In this document: positions 36,501 to 48,907 of the stretch, piece after piece | Numbering within the stretch: position 1 is the stretch's first letter | Layout of the letters: each line of letters begins with the position of its first letter | Source: Takakia lepidozioides | Taxonomy: Eukaryota > Plantae > Bryophyta | Assembly (NCBI GenBank): GCA_030704615.1 | Contig: CM060734.1 | Coordinates: forward strand, 33,046,001 to 33,110,000 | DNA length: 64,000 bases | Reading direction: 5' to 3' | The notes under the pieces: generated by a model | What the model was told of the DNA's origin: nothing | The model's database searches: none | What the model saw: only the letters and a program-made list of their open reading frames with translations | Position numbers and translations under genes: made by a program

Positions 36501-38483
36501 TCCACCAAAAGCGACCCAACAGTCCCACCCCCTCCTACAATTCCCACCCGGCGTAATACTCACTCGCCGCTAATCGAACCTAACCAGCTTCGGTACATCC
36601 ACACCCCGCCCCTCCCCAAATACCTTCGTTACAAAGAACCCACCCTTACCTTCTCCTTCATGTCCAACACACCACGCTTCCACATACCCTCCCACCTTCC
36701 CGCCTTACTGGATCAACTCCTTAAGACACTCACAAGCTATAAAACCACCATCGACGCCCACCATCTCACACACACCAGTCCTCACCCCCCCTGCCCACTC
36801 AACTAGGATTAACTAAGCAAGGCATGGAAAAGGGGCGCTAAACCGCGCCCGTCCCTTGCCCAACCTACGCTCCCCCCACCCCTCCCATCCTATGCCAAGT
36901 TATACCTCCCAAATTTTCCGCCATCCCACTCCCACTACACCGACGGCTCCCCACCGGCTCCCATGCAGGTTATGGAGTATACCATGCCGCTACCAATCAA
37001 GGCACCGATTCAGAACTTCCTGGGCCCTGCTACCATACTTCTTGCAGAACAATGGCAGATTCGAAGCGCTCACCCAATTGTCCCTCATTCTCCCCTCCAC
37101 ATTTATCTTCACAACAGACAACCTCACCTCGCTCTTTTCATCCGCAACCACCTCTCCTGCAATCTCTCACCATTATCACTCTGACCGTAAATCTCATCAC
37201 AGCCATCGCCAACCTGGCTATCTCCATCAACCAACCCATTCACTTTATCAAAGTACGCGCGCACACACAGGTATGTGGGGAACGAGCTGCCGACCTTCTT
37301 GCCCAGGAAGGTGCCGACGAACCCCCTGTTGACCCACCAATGATCCCATCCACATAGCACATACCCACCCATTCTGGCTAATACACCCCTAACCCTACCC
37401 GACCCCCTTGCACCTCGTCCCATCGCAACCTTTTGAAAACCCTTACTCGAGAAGCCAATAAGAAAACTTGTATCTGCTAACCACACACTAAAATATACAT
37501 ACAGAAATGGACACAATCCTAGTACTCCATAACAAACTCTCAAACTACTTTTGGCACTCCAAAGCGCTACTGACTCCCAAATCAAACAGACCTTTAAATT
37601 CCGATACGCACAATATAGGGACATCACGTAAACACATTTTCTGGCCACTCTTTTTTCCCTCCCCGCATTGTCCCCTATGTTTTTCCATACCCACCAGGAA
37701 CGTGACCCTGGGCCACACCTTCTTAGCCAATGCACACAAACCCGTAATCCACGGGCTCGTATACCCGCCATAACCAAGCAGTCTGGCACATCCATAAACT
37801 CCTCCTACATCGCGTCGAGACGAGATGGTTCTACGCTAATCAACGCTCGGTACTCCTAGCCAAGGACGACGCCCCAGACCACACTGTCCCCCACTGGCTT
37901 CTCCCTGTACTTTGCTCCCCCTCCCCCCTGCACCTGCCCCGTCAGACTATGCCGGCCATCTTGTTTGTAATGGTTACCCCATAAACCTCCCCCACCCACC
38001 GCCCAACCCCGAACCTTACCATCCACTTTATTATTTCACATACTGCCATGATCGATACCCCGCTGACTCAATGCTAGACAAACGGCTAAAATATGCGCCA
38101 CTATCTTGCCTCCGACATAAGGGCTGGTCACTGGTCCTTTGACGGTTATCAACGGCTGGGCACTAGAGGCGGCATTCATAACACAGTAGCGAGCACTACA
38201 CACTAACTTTAAACTCCCTATCCTCTCCATTCAGAATGTTTCAAAGCACTACCCCTGACAAGCCCTCCGCTCCCTCACAGCTATTATTACTAACAAACGT
38301 AACCGAATCAACCCTCTCACCTTCTCTGACTCGAATCTAACCCTAGGTACCCCAGGTACCCACGGTACCTTGCTCCTCTAGGCTCCTAGTGTCCTATGGA
38401 CACCTTTTAGAGAGGGCCCACCCCCGAGAGGGGGCAGTAGCCGTGAGGCGAAGTGGCTCTTAGTTCGCCGGCCTTTGGCCGCG

Positions 38484-38514
<31 letters not shown>
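33590..38514 (+). mobile_element. 5'-truncated non-LTR retrotransposon: RT, RNase H, zinc finger, restriction-like endonuclease-type C-terminus, (CT)n tail
   Basis: NYRPIALAN, QEGFR, YIDFKNAFGS, QGDTLSP, AYADDL, YTYLGI; RNase H YTDGS, IFTTDNLTS, FIKVRAHT; CPLC...HLLSQC; FTYCHD..K..KYAPL; many frameshifts. Confidence 0.85.
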
Positions 38515-38645
38515 TCAAAGAGCCGTTCCATAATCTAATCCGGTGCTGCTACAATAATGCACAAAGCTGCAAAGTCTATGTAGACTTCCCAATGGCCTGA
38601 GCAGAAGATGCATACACTGACATCTCTTGAACTTCAACAATCCAC

Positions 38646-40512
38646 TACCTTCATTAGCAGTGCCTGATTTTATCAATTGTGCTGCTCCTGCTGCGACTTC
38701 CAGTTGACCATCTACCCATGCAGGTTTCTTCTAGCTATCCTTCCACGATGAATCATAGGTAATCTGGAGCTTGAAAATCCGGCCCTCTTGGATGAATCTG
38801 CACCCACACTCTATCCCTGCTTCTTCAGCTATCCATGCCCACGAGGGTATTGTTCAGAATCACATCTGGTACATTTCCAGCTTTGGTGATGCAACATGTA
38901 CCTCTTTGCATGTGCTTTCCAGGGCTGCCAGGCTTGCACACGCACTGCAAACGCACACTACATGATGTGGTCGAGCTTCACACCCTTTCCCCTATCATTT
39001 GCTTTCAGGTCTCCAAAGCCCCATCCCGCGCTCCTGCTCTGCACGCCCTCACCACAAGGGCATATTTCAGAACGACATCAATTCAATTCCAGCTTGGACG
39101 ATGTCAACTACGAACCCCGTCTTCACTCATTGCCTACTCTAGTTAAGTGCAATTATGGGCTAGGCTATACCCACATTTCATTCAGCCATATTATCAACTT
39201 GCATGCCATTTGTATCATTGTAATTGTACCAAACTGTGGCATACTTGTCCACTACGGCAACATTCAGAATCACATCAGATACAATACCACAGCTTTGACA
39301 ATATTACCGTGGACCTCTGCACCATTTTTCAGGGCTGCCAGCTTGCATTGACATACATATCCACCAAGGCAGTGTTTAGAGACTCTAGTCGTACAATCCA
39401 GCTTTGACAATGTCCCATGGACCGTTGCGTCATTTCCAGGGCTACCAGGCTCGCATTTGACATACATGTACACCAAGGGAATGTTCAGAATGACATCAGG
39501 TACAATTCAGCTTTGATGCTGTCACCATGAACTCTTGGCCCTCCCCAGGCTTCTAGGCTTGCATATGCATATTACAAACACAAATGAACATGACCTGGTC
39601 TGGCTTCATCCTTTCCCACATCATTTGCTCTTAGGTTTCCAAAGTCTTAATCCCATACCCATGCTGCACATACCTTGCAATCATGGCACTCCACAACACC
39701 ACATCTCATTTAGCCATGTTGTCAAACTCTCCCTTCGCATCAGGCTTGCTGCACCCACATTTGGCATACATGTCCACCAGGGCAGTGTTCAGAATGACAA
39801 CCAGTACAATTTCAGCTTTGACGATGGCACATGGCCAAGAGTTATCCCAATATCCCGCTACCAATGAGTTCAATGCATATTCTTGTCACATTGCAGTATC
39901 ATGTCAAAGTCACTCCCAACTACATTCACCAACAGCTAACTTGCAGAATTCAACATGAAAATTGAGGGCCGATTCTGATAAGAGGGGAAAACAGGGTGAA
40001 ATGTGTTGACGAAGGTACCTTCATTAGCAGTGTCTGATTTTATCAATTGTGCCGCTGCTGCTGTGGCTTCTAGTTGACCATCTATCCATGCAGGTTCTTG
40101 TATCTATCCTTCCACGGGAATCATAAGTAATGTGGAGTTTGAAATCCGGCCCTCTTGGATGAATCTAGACACACACTCTATCCCTGCTCCTTCAGCTCTC
40201 TATGACACTGCAAAAAACAAACATACATCTTTGCCTTCCTGCTAGCAGCTCACAATGACAGCCTAGAATTGTTCTAGCAAACACCCCCAACCCTACTTAT
40301 CAACGAGCAACGAGCTAACTTACAGCATTCAATATGCATCTCAGGGCCAAGTTTGGTGAGAGGGCAAAACAAGCTGAAATAGGTCGAAGAAGAAGGTGCC
40401 CAGGTTTCTTGTAGCTCTGATCCACTGGGAATCATAGGTAATCTTGTGCTTGATATCCTGCCCTATTGGATGAATGTGGACCCACACTCTATCCCTGCTC
40501 CTTCAGCTATCC
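38646..40512. repeat. Dispersed direct repeats flanking the PPR relic (38646-38833, 40017-40198, partial 40400-40512)
   Basis: Shared CCTTCATTAGCAGTG...GGATGAATCT..CACACTCTATCCCTGCT.CTTCAGCT. Confidence 0.8.
38835..39835 (-). pseudogene. PLS-class pentatricopeptide repeat (PPR) pseudogene fragment
   Basis: Minus strand: LNTALVDMYAKCG..DA..EFDNM..DVVLWSAMIARYVQHGYG...MKPDQVMFICV and repeated VHGxIVKA...LVxMYVKC; stops and frameshifts. Confidence 0.85.
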
Positions 40513-40959
40513 CAGCCTCTGCACACATCACGCATACATCCTCGCCTTGCTTCGAACGGCTGACAATGACGGCCTAGATTTGTTCTAGCAAACACCCCAA
40601 CCCTACTCATAACACACTAGTTCCTATGCTGAATGGCGTATGCTTCTCTCTGGATTGTAACAGGCATTCACCTTTTTCCCTCGATCGTCCCACCATTGAC
40701 TGGGGTCGGAAAAATATTCCTTCCACAACTTCTCCTCATCCCTATATGTTCTTGGATACTTTAATGTTGCCACATCTGCATGTCACATACTTTAATTTGA
40801 CGGTGGTTTGTCAGGAACCGTCCCACATTGATTAGATGGAATATCAGAATATGCACAATCTTCAAGGAACTGGTGCTTCCGCCTCATTTCATGTGCAACC
40901 AGTGTGTTGCTAAGCTGAATCATCTGATTTCGCGAAGGAGCAGGCCAGGAAAGAGAACC

Positions 40960-43900
40960 CCCCGCTCGGGGACGTAACATGACTTCCTCCGAAGCAAAGT
41001 TTTATTCTGACGACAAACCAGTGCCTTTCTCAAAAGAAGCACTTGACAATGGATTCGCAATTGTTCTGGAACATGTCTTGTCTCATCACAATTTTGAAAA
41101 GAGTATTTCAGCAACTTCTGTCCAAATCGTACACCTCTTTCTCCAAGAAGATGGACCCACCAGTTGAATGTTGTTGTTGTGTTGGTTTTGGATATGCAGA
41201 AAAATGTAAAGTCTAAGCAGGCAGAAACAGATGCAAAGGGCTCTGGAGAAGGGGACGACTCCACAAAGAGTTCTAAAAACAGTGAAGACACCGACGAGCC
41301 TGAATTGCACTACCTTGACAAGGTGAAAGAACTGATGTCATATCAAAAGGTAAATTCCCAGGAGGTTATTAGGGACATGATCGTCTCTGGAGGACGTCTT
41401 GAAATCCCTCTCTGCCGGATGATCTCATGCCTGTTGTTCGTCCTCCACTTTCGCATAACATTACCAAGTTGAAACAGATTTCGTGCACGGGTATAGAATG
41501 AGTGCACAAGTTTTTTACGTCTCACTGAAGGATACTAATGGTCACAGCACAAAAGTTAGCCCAGAGATTACGGACAACTGGGATGATTGTTGGAAGGATG
41601 TGAATGACGAGTTTGAGGACTCTCTGCTGCTTGGACATAACACCCAGCAGTTCTGCAACCACATGTTCTATGTCTGGGACGGGAACCATCGCTTGCTAGC
41701 TTGGATGGGGTACATTGCGAAACACCATTCAAAAGACAAGAACAAGCATTGTGTTGTGGAGGCAATGGTTTTGGATCCTGGGAACGACATCGCCAGACTT
41801 CTGACAGCTATGCATGACGTGAACAAGTAGGACTTCCTCAAAAACCCATTGCCTTTCAAATTGCATGTTGGGCGCATTTCATGTCCAATGGTTAAATATT
41901 TCTTACCTATGCAATGTGTATTCCTTGTTTGCCGATCGACAGAGAAATCGCATGTTACTACGAGCTTGGTCCACACACTATTCCACATTCAGAGAATTGG
42001 TTTGATGAAGCTTGATGAGTTCCGCACAGTGCTACATCCTGATGTCATCAAGAAGTGCGAAACATGAAGAGCTGCAGGGACCTGGTACTCGTTGACCCGA
42101 GATGCATTTTTGGAGTACATGTATGCGGTATGGCCCAGCCCACTTCTTCCTATGTTATTCAATACAAATTTGCAATCGTATGTGTGGTAATCCAATCGTT
42201 GTTACTTGCAGCAAGAACTAGCAGAGGCCGCCGAGAGGGAGAAATCTGAGTACTACCGCACTACAGCAGAAGAGCTGAGGACTGCTAAAGGTGTTGGAGC
42301 AGCCATAAAGAAGGAGTACAAGATAAGGAGGACGAAGCTGATGTCGGCCTTCCTGAAGCAATTGAGAATAGTGGATCCCGGACTTGGGGAGGAGTTCCTT
42401 CTCCAAATCAAATCCCACTACGACAAGCATGTACATCCAGAGATGCAACAGGAGAAATTGCACAGGCTGGATCTCTCTATGGTCGACCCCCAGACAAAAG
42501 TTAGATGGCTTGAGATTTGGAACTCAGATCAGACAGTGAAGGATCTGAATCAGTTCCCAAAAAGCACAATCCAGCCTGGCACCAAGGTCGAGGGAATAAG
42601 TGACATTGTTTTTTATCAGTGGCTTCACAAGGCCACATTTTGGAGTCAGGTATTTGTAGATTCCAGTACATGTTTTATATGAAATATCCTATAGCTTTGT
42701 CATGCGCAATCCTGATACATGTTCCCATTGCAGCTGGAGAAACGCGCCATTCTTGTCCTGGAGCAGAATTTGAAGGACTTGAATATTTCGATGGTCTCAC
42801 CACCACAGATGACCTTGGAGGCGTACATTAGAAAGTGGAAAGGTCTCAGGTGGCGGTACTGTTTCTTCCGCGAGTTCTCCAAGGATGGCAACATATTGAG
42901 GTCGAACGATTTCGACAGTCAAGTTGGAGGGGAGTGGGCGATGATGCGTGTTGTGTACAGGTGCAGTGACTTATGCCTATCCATCACATTCTATAAACTT
43001 TTGTCATGCCTCATTGAGAAAAGATTAGTATTTCTTTTCTCCTACACAACAGTTTGGTGATGGTCGGTACCGATCATCACATCCACTGCTATGATATTCT
43101 CCAGTCAAACAGTCTCCATGTTTCCATCCTTAATCCTGCCTCTGTTATCATAGGCACAGGGTTTCTGATGAATGAAGTGATGGTCGGTGCTGACCATCAC
43201 ATTTCCTAGTTGTGCAGTCTACATAATCATAAGGATTGACGAACCCATGTTGCATTCTCTCTCATGTGAAAGTGATGATCGCCACCGATCATCACTTTCT
43301 TCTGCTTTTTGATATCTTGTTTTGGGAGATGGTGCTTGTTTGAGCCTCCGCATGTACACTAAATATGTGCTGATGGAAGGAAAACACCTGAGTGGAATCC
43401 CAGATTACCTAGACATGTGGTCCGACCCTGCCAACGATCCTACCATGTACACAGTTGGTATTTTGAGGGGTTGGAGTCCTGCCCACTTCAGGGACTGTGG
43501 ATGGTACCTCGACTGCCCTCCAGAGCACACGACATTTCAAGAGCAGCATATGGAGTATATGAACAGCCATGTGGAGATGTTGGCACCTTTGAACGACGAG
43601 GAGTACCAGAGGAACATTGCTTCATTGGCCGCCAAGGAGCCAAACACGCAGGCAACTCCAAAGAAAGGCAGGAAGGCGGGTCGCAAGGTGAAAGATCCAA
43701 AGGCTCCGGAGGTAGTAGCCAAGTCACCTGGGAAGCCTAAGGAGAAAGAGAAGGAGAAGGTGAAGGGGAAGGAGAAGGCGAAGGAGAAAGAGAAGGAAAA
43801 GAAGAAAGGTGAGGACAAGGAGAAAGATGAGACCGCTGGGAGGTACACCCGCATTGTTGAATGCGTTTTCGATGCCAAGCCACACCCTTCCCGTGCAGAC

Positions 43901-45545
43901 TTGGCAGGGCAGATCAAGATTGTGAATGAGGGATGGCTGGCGATGATGGAGACTCGGAGAAAGAGTTACTCGGGGGTGCCATCACCGACTTGGGATAACA
44001 TGATTTCATTTCTTAATCTGGTAAGAATCTTTCTCTTCACATGGGACTTTCGAAATTGTGTATGCCAATGTAGATGATGGTTTCTGTTGGGACCCTCATT
44101 TTTGTATGCAGTGTTCAAAAACCCTTTGCCACTGACATGGTCATCCTTGACATCCCAGACGGCCAGCTTGTCCCCGACGTTCCTCCAAAGGGAAAGACTC
44201 CATCCTGGAACAGATTCGATGAGAACTACTGGAGTTGGGTATTCGGATTCTGCAATAATTTCCTTTCAGATGCAGGAATGCTTTTGCTCTTTCAGTCATG
44301 TGACAAGGATAGTCGTAGGGGACTGGCATCATACTTGAAGTCGTCTGGGTTCGAAATTCTGAGGACATGGAATTGTGTGAACATCCTGTACCTTCTGAAA
44401 GGTGGTTGCCCTGGACAGCTAGTATGGCACCGCCCTACTCTGAACTGTTTCCCAATGTCTTTTCAGTTGTTTCTGCTGGATTGCTCTACCACCATATGTG
44501 ATGATCGGCACCGATCATCACAAAAACATTCCATTGTAGTTTACATTTGCAGTCCATGTTCTGTTCTTTCCCGCGCCAGAATTTCTTTCGAATTTCTATG
44601 TCTCACTCCTACCTTGCATCTTTGCCAGACAAGGATGTTTGAGGCAATCTGCCTGAGGCGGATTCGCACGTCCAAAACACCTTCCTCCGTTCGCAGCTTT
44701 GAAATTTCCGACCAGGGGTGTTTTATCAAACCCCCATATGATCCGCATGTGGATGACATGCTGTACAATTTCATGCACTCCAGTCAGACAGTCAAAAGAC
44801 CAGACGGGTTTCCAGGAGAGGTGCAAGGGAGAGAACCCCAGCGTTCATGCAGATGCTCTTGGAGTCATGCAGCCACCATTCTGCAAGGGTGGTCGACCTC
44901 ACACTATCCACAGGTTCGTTGGTTCAATACTGTTTCCATTCTCAAGGTCTTCCAGTTTGCATCCGATTTTGCATCCTCTACAACCTTCATGAGGCTTTTT
45001 GTCTTGGTAGGTGCGACTTACCGTGCTTGCAAGGTTGGTGGGAGAAGCCTTTTTGGCATGGAGGGCGACACCAAACTATTCAAGAGTGTCCTCCTCCCTC
45101 TTGTGTTTGGCTCTACGTCTGGCACACAGACTGAACAAATTCAAATCAGAAATGATGAGGATATTGAGGATAAGCAGATCGACAACGACTTCTCATGTGA
45201 GTAAGTCGGCCATGGAAATGTCATTCCAGTTTGGGTGCTTGTTCAATTTTGCAGACATCAAATTTGCAGTAATAACTTTTATCATGCTTTGACTTGCAGG
45301 AACGGCGGCGATGGATCTTTAGGAGAAACCCCCATTTGTGCCGAGACTGTTTTCGACAGTCCCCTTTCCACTTTTGTGCTTTCTGTCTATGCCGAAGCAA
45401 TGGCACTTCAAATGGCCGAGGCTCTATCCCCTGACTTCTTATTGCTCGATCGCAGGAGTAGCCATCGTAGATCCGGAGTTCTGAAATTCTTGGACTTGGA
45501 TGCAGAGGACGCGGGGATACATTGTACTGACTCTGAGTCAGATTG
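40960..45545 (+). pseudogene. Element C accessory gene (ParB/Srx-like plus amino-MTase-like), multi-exon
   Basis: LEIPLCRMI, FYVWDGNHRLLAW (41672-41692), DPGLGEEFL, CGWYLDCPP, TDMVILDIPDG (44149-44163), MQMLLESCSHHSARVVDLTLSTG, ACKVGGRSLFGMEGD. Confidence 0.8.
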
Positions 45546-47028
45546 AACTTCGCATTTTTTATGTTCTATTTATATCCTATTTGGAACTCATTGAATTCCC
45601 TTGCCTCATTGCATTTGTTCTGGCAGAAAAGAAAATGAATCAAACAATCTACTCGGATTCAAATGTCAATCTTCATGAAACCATCCCCTAAACCCCTCAC
45701 ACTCATGTCATATCCATTGTGCAATCATCTATTGTGTATTCATGCATCCTCCATTCAATAATGTTTTCCACCATTCAACATCCATCCATTCGCTTGCATT
45801 GTTCCCACATAACCCTATATTTCTCATCCACTCTACATTCATCCATCCTGCATTCAACTGTTGCTTTCAGGTGGGGATGACCACGTCCTTTTATTATTTC
45901 GTCCAACTTGTTTCCGCGGTTGAGGGTGCTCTTCCGCGGAAATACACTCTGCTTCTTACTTGGCGTGCGTAGACGTGGCGTTTAAGGTCAATGACGCGGA
46001 GTGAGCCCAGTGATGTGGCGTTTGTTCAAGGTGACATGGCGTGAGCGCGGCTACACTCGCGCCACCAGGCTCACGCCGAGGCATCCCTGCCCTTGAGTTT
46101 GCAAGGTACTTGGAGGGTTGAGACTGCAGCTCCTCAGTTGCTCCCTGGTCGTTTTCATAGACCACTCCAAGATCTCCAGACTACAGACATAGGCTTATTG
46201 TGTATGTTTGGACATGTTCCAATGTTCCTCATTATGTAGAATCTAATGGAGCCCAAAGTGACTTGCAATGAATGTTGTTGAAAGAGCACTAGGTCTCCTA
46301 CATAAGGGAATTTGTCAAAATATTGATGTTGTCGAATTTTGGGGACAAAGGTCTACTGTACAGCATGGAGCAGAGCTGGCACGAGTTTCCTAAAGATCCT
46401 CATCAATGGTGGGACAAACGCAATTGCAAGGTGTGACTTTCTTAATGTACAATGCAGAGAAATTTGTCCATCCTGCAAATGTGGCCGGTTCTTACTGTTA
46501 GTATCATGATTTGGTATCTTTCCTGTTGTTGACAAGGTCCATGGGAGGGTTGGTCTTAGGAGCCTGAGTTTAAATCTATGGCTGCTCCAGCTAGACCGTG
46601 GTGGTTTTCCTCGCAGACCCATCCGAGTTCACCTGACTATAGACACAAGCAGCACACACAAGAGGTCCTTTTGGGTTGATGGTCAGTTGAATCCTCCATG
46701 GTTGAAAGAAAAGCTAGCTGCCATGACACGAGGTCAAGGACAAAGTGGTAATGGCTCATTCTTCAGCACATTTCAACCTGTTTTGCCCTCTTATCAGAGT
46801 CGACCCTGATTTCCATGTTGAATTCTACAAGTTAGCTTGTTGGGTTGATCTATGGCGGTCTAAATTTTTTTGGCATGTGACTGCTGTATTGTCTTCTGAG
46901 CAATGCTGACAGATAATCCATCTAGTTGTGGGGGTCGCCCCAAAACAATAAAAACCCGCCGACTTCCTTGAAGACATCCTGAGGATCCCATGCAGGGATG
47001 ATGGGAAGGAAACATCCATTTTAACACA

Positions 47029-48073
47029 GTGACGATCGGTACCGACCATCACTTTGTCTTCTAACAAATGAATGGAAATTCTAGTTGGTTTCCCAATGCA
47101 CCTTGACTCAATTCTCACTAGACTGCGATGATCGGTGCCGACCATCAGGATGATGCAAGCGATGGTCGGTACCGCACATCACCACAAGACAACACTAGGA
47201 TAGAAACACCCACGAGGTCTGAATATGATGGTCGACACCGATCATTACTATTAGTCAGAATCCCTTCTTTCACTCACTGAACTTGATCTCCTCTTTTGGA
47301 TTCTGGTGCATTGCCAATCTTTTCAAAAAGTGATGATCGGTACCGATCATCACAATCAGATTGCCTTAGGAAGCAAAACCCGTGAGGTATGAGTGTGACG
47401 GTCGGCACCGATCATCACTCTTAGTCAGAATCCCTTCATTCACCCATTGAACTTGGTCTCCTTGTTTGGATTCTGGTGTATTGCCAAACCGTTCAAACAG
47501 TGATGATCGGTACCGATCATCACAATCAAACTGCCTTGGGAAGCACAACCCATGAGGTCTGGATGTGATGGTCAGTACCGATCATCACTTCACAACAGAA
47601 TTCTGCATTTCATTGTATGAGAAATAGAGCAAATAAATGGACTTGGAGGCGATGGTCGCCACCGACCATCGCTTGTATGTTACTGCAATTCCAAATCTGA
47701 AGTGGAATGGACATTTTTCCACCTAAAGCATGGGAGCTGAATGTGATGGTCGGCACCGATCATCACTATCCTGAACGAGCACGCCATTTCTAAACTGTTC
47801 TGAACAAGAAGGGAATGGACCTTAAAGCGATGATCGTTACCGATCATCGCTTCGACATTATTCAAGATGCGTCTTTAGTTCCCTGTCACTCTTGCATCAC
47901 AATGAAAATCGCATTCTTTGCTTAAACAAAGCAATGGCGAAGGTGATGATCGGCACAGATCATCACTTTCGCCTTGATACACATTCTTTCCTGCCTGCCT
48001 GCCTTCCGGAATTTGCTGAAATACGACACCAACTTCATTCTTCTTTAAAGCGATGATCGCCACCGATCATCGT
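47029..48073. repeat. Element C palindrome array (GTGATGATCGGTACCGATCATCAC), 13 copies
   Basis: Centres at 47040, 47136, 47170, 47236, 47341, 47406, 47511, 47576, 47660, 47754, 47838, 47954 and 48061; includes a 170-bp higher-order repeat. Confidence 0.95.
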
Positions 48074-48907
48074 TTTTCTCACATCGCGGGACCATCAGTA
48101 AAGAGGGGGAAGTGCGTTTGAGAGAACTTATGGATTCCTACTTCGCCTTCTTTGGCTTCGTGGCTGCATTGCTCGGATCGCCCTCTTCAACTTTCCTCTT
48201 CCCTTTTTCATTGGTCTGAACATACGAAAAAACAATGTATTGAATCCCACATGGAAATGAAAACATCAAGACAAATGAAAATAGTATTATGCGGATATTG
48301 AATGATCACCATTTCTGTCTGATGTAGGGTTTGCAAACTTCCTCCCTGTATGGCGTCCACTGCTCCTCCTCCTGTTCTGTTGTCTTCGGGCATGAACTCG
48401 GCTAGCACTGTCTGGTTACCTACGCTCACTGCTCCAGCCGTCGCTGCGACTGCGGCGACCTCACTCTCACTTCCTACATGCTTTTCTGCTTAATCTGTCT
48501 CCAAGTTCACATGCTGCCTAAGCGCTGCACCATCTTGCATGCGAAGCCTCGTCATTTGCTCTCTTGATCTCAGCCTCTCTCTAAGCGATGTAAAATACAA
48601 TGATTTCCTCCTCTTCCGAACCGAACAAGGAACCCTCTCCAGCTTGACTTCCTCTCTTCCTCTAAGAAACAAGAAAGATGAACAGACTCGCTTTCTTCCG
48701 GGGTCCCGTCGTTTTGGAAGTGTCCCTGGAACCGTTCGATTCCTTCTTGCGTGTCTGATACTTGAACGTACGTTACAGTGAAAAGAGCGTAACCTAATTG
48801 GGACATCTGTTCCTTTGCGCGGTTGTTTTGGGTTCTTGGCGTGTGCAAACATAAAATTGACATGTGTCTTATTTGTGACGGCTTCATTAATATCACCGTT
48901 GAACGTC

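Noticed and set aside
38430-38460. Hammerhead ribozyme
   Set aside because: Has stem-GAA but lacks the CUGANGA core; kept only as a structured 3' element.
40085-40175. Histone H2A-like peptide (SKRAGFQ..FP.GRI) on the minus strand
   Set aside because: Needs an insertion and frameshifts, is not preserved in the sister repeats and has no downstream histone fold.
43537-43917. FS-repeat membrane-like ORF on the minus strand
   Set aside because: Antisense shadow of the KE-rich linker in the element C accessory gene.
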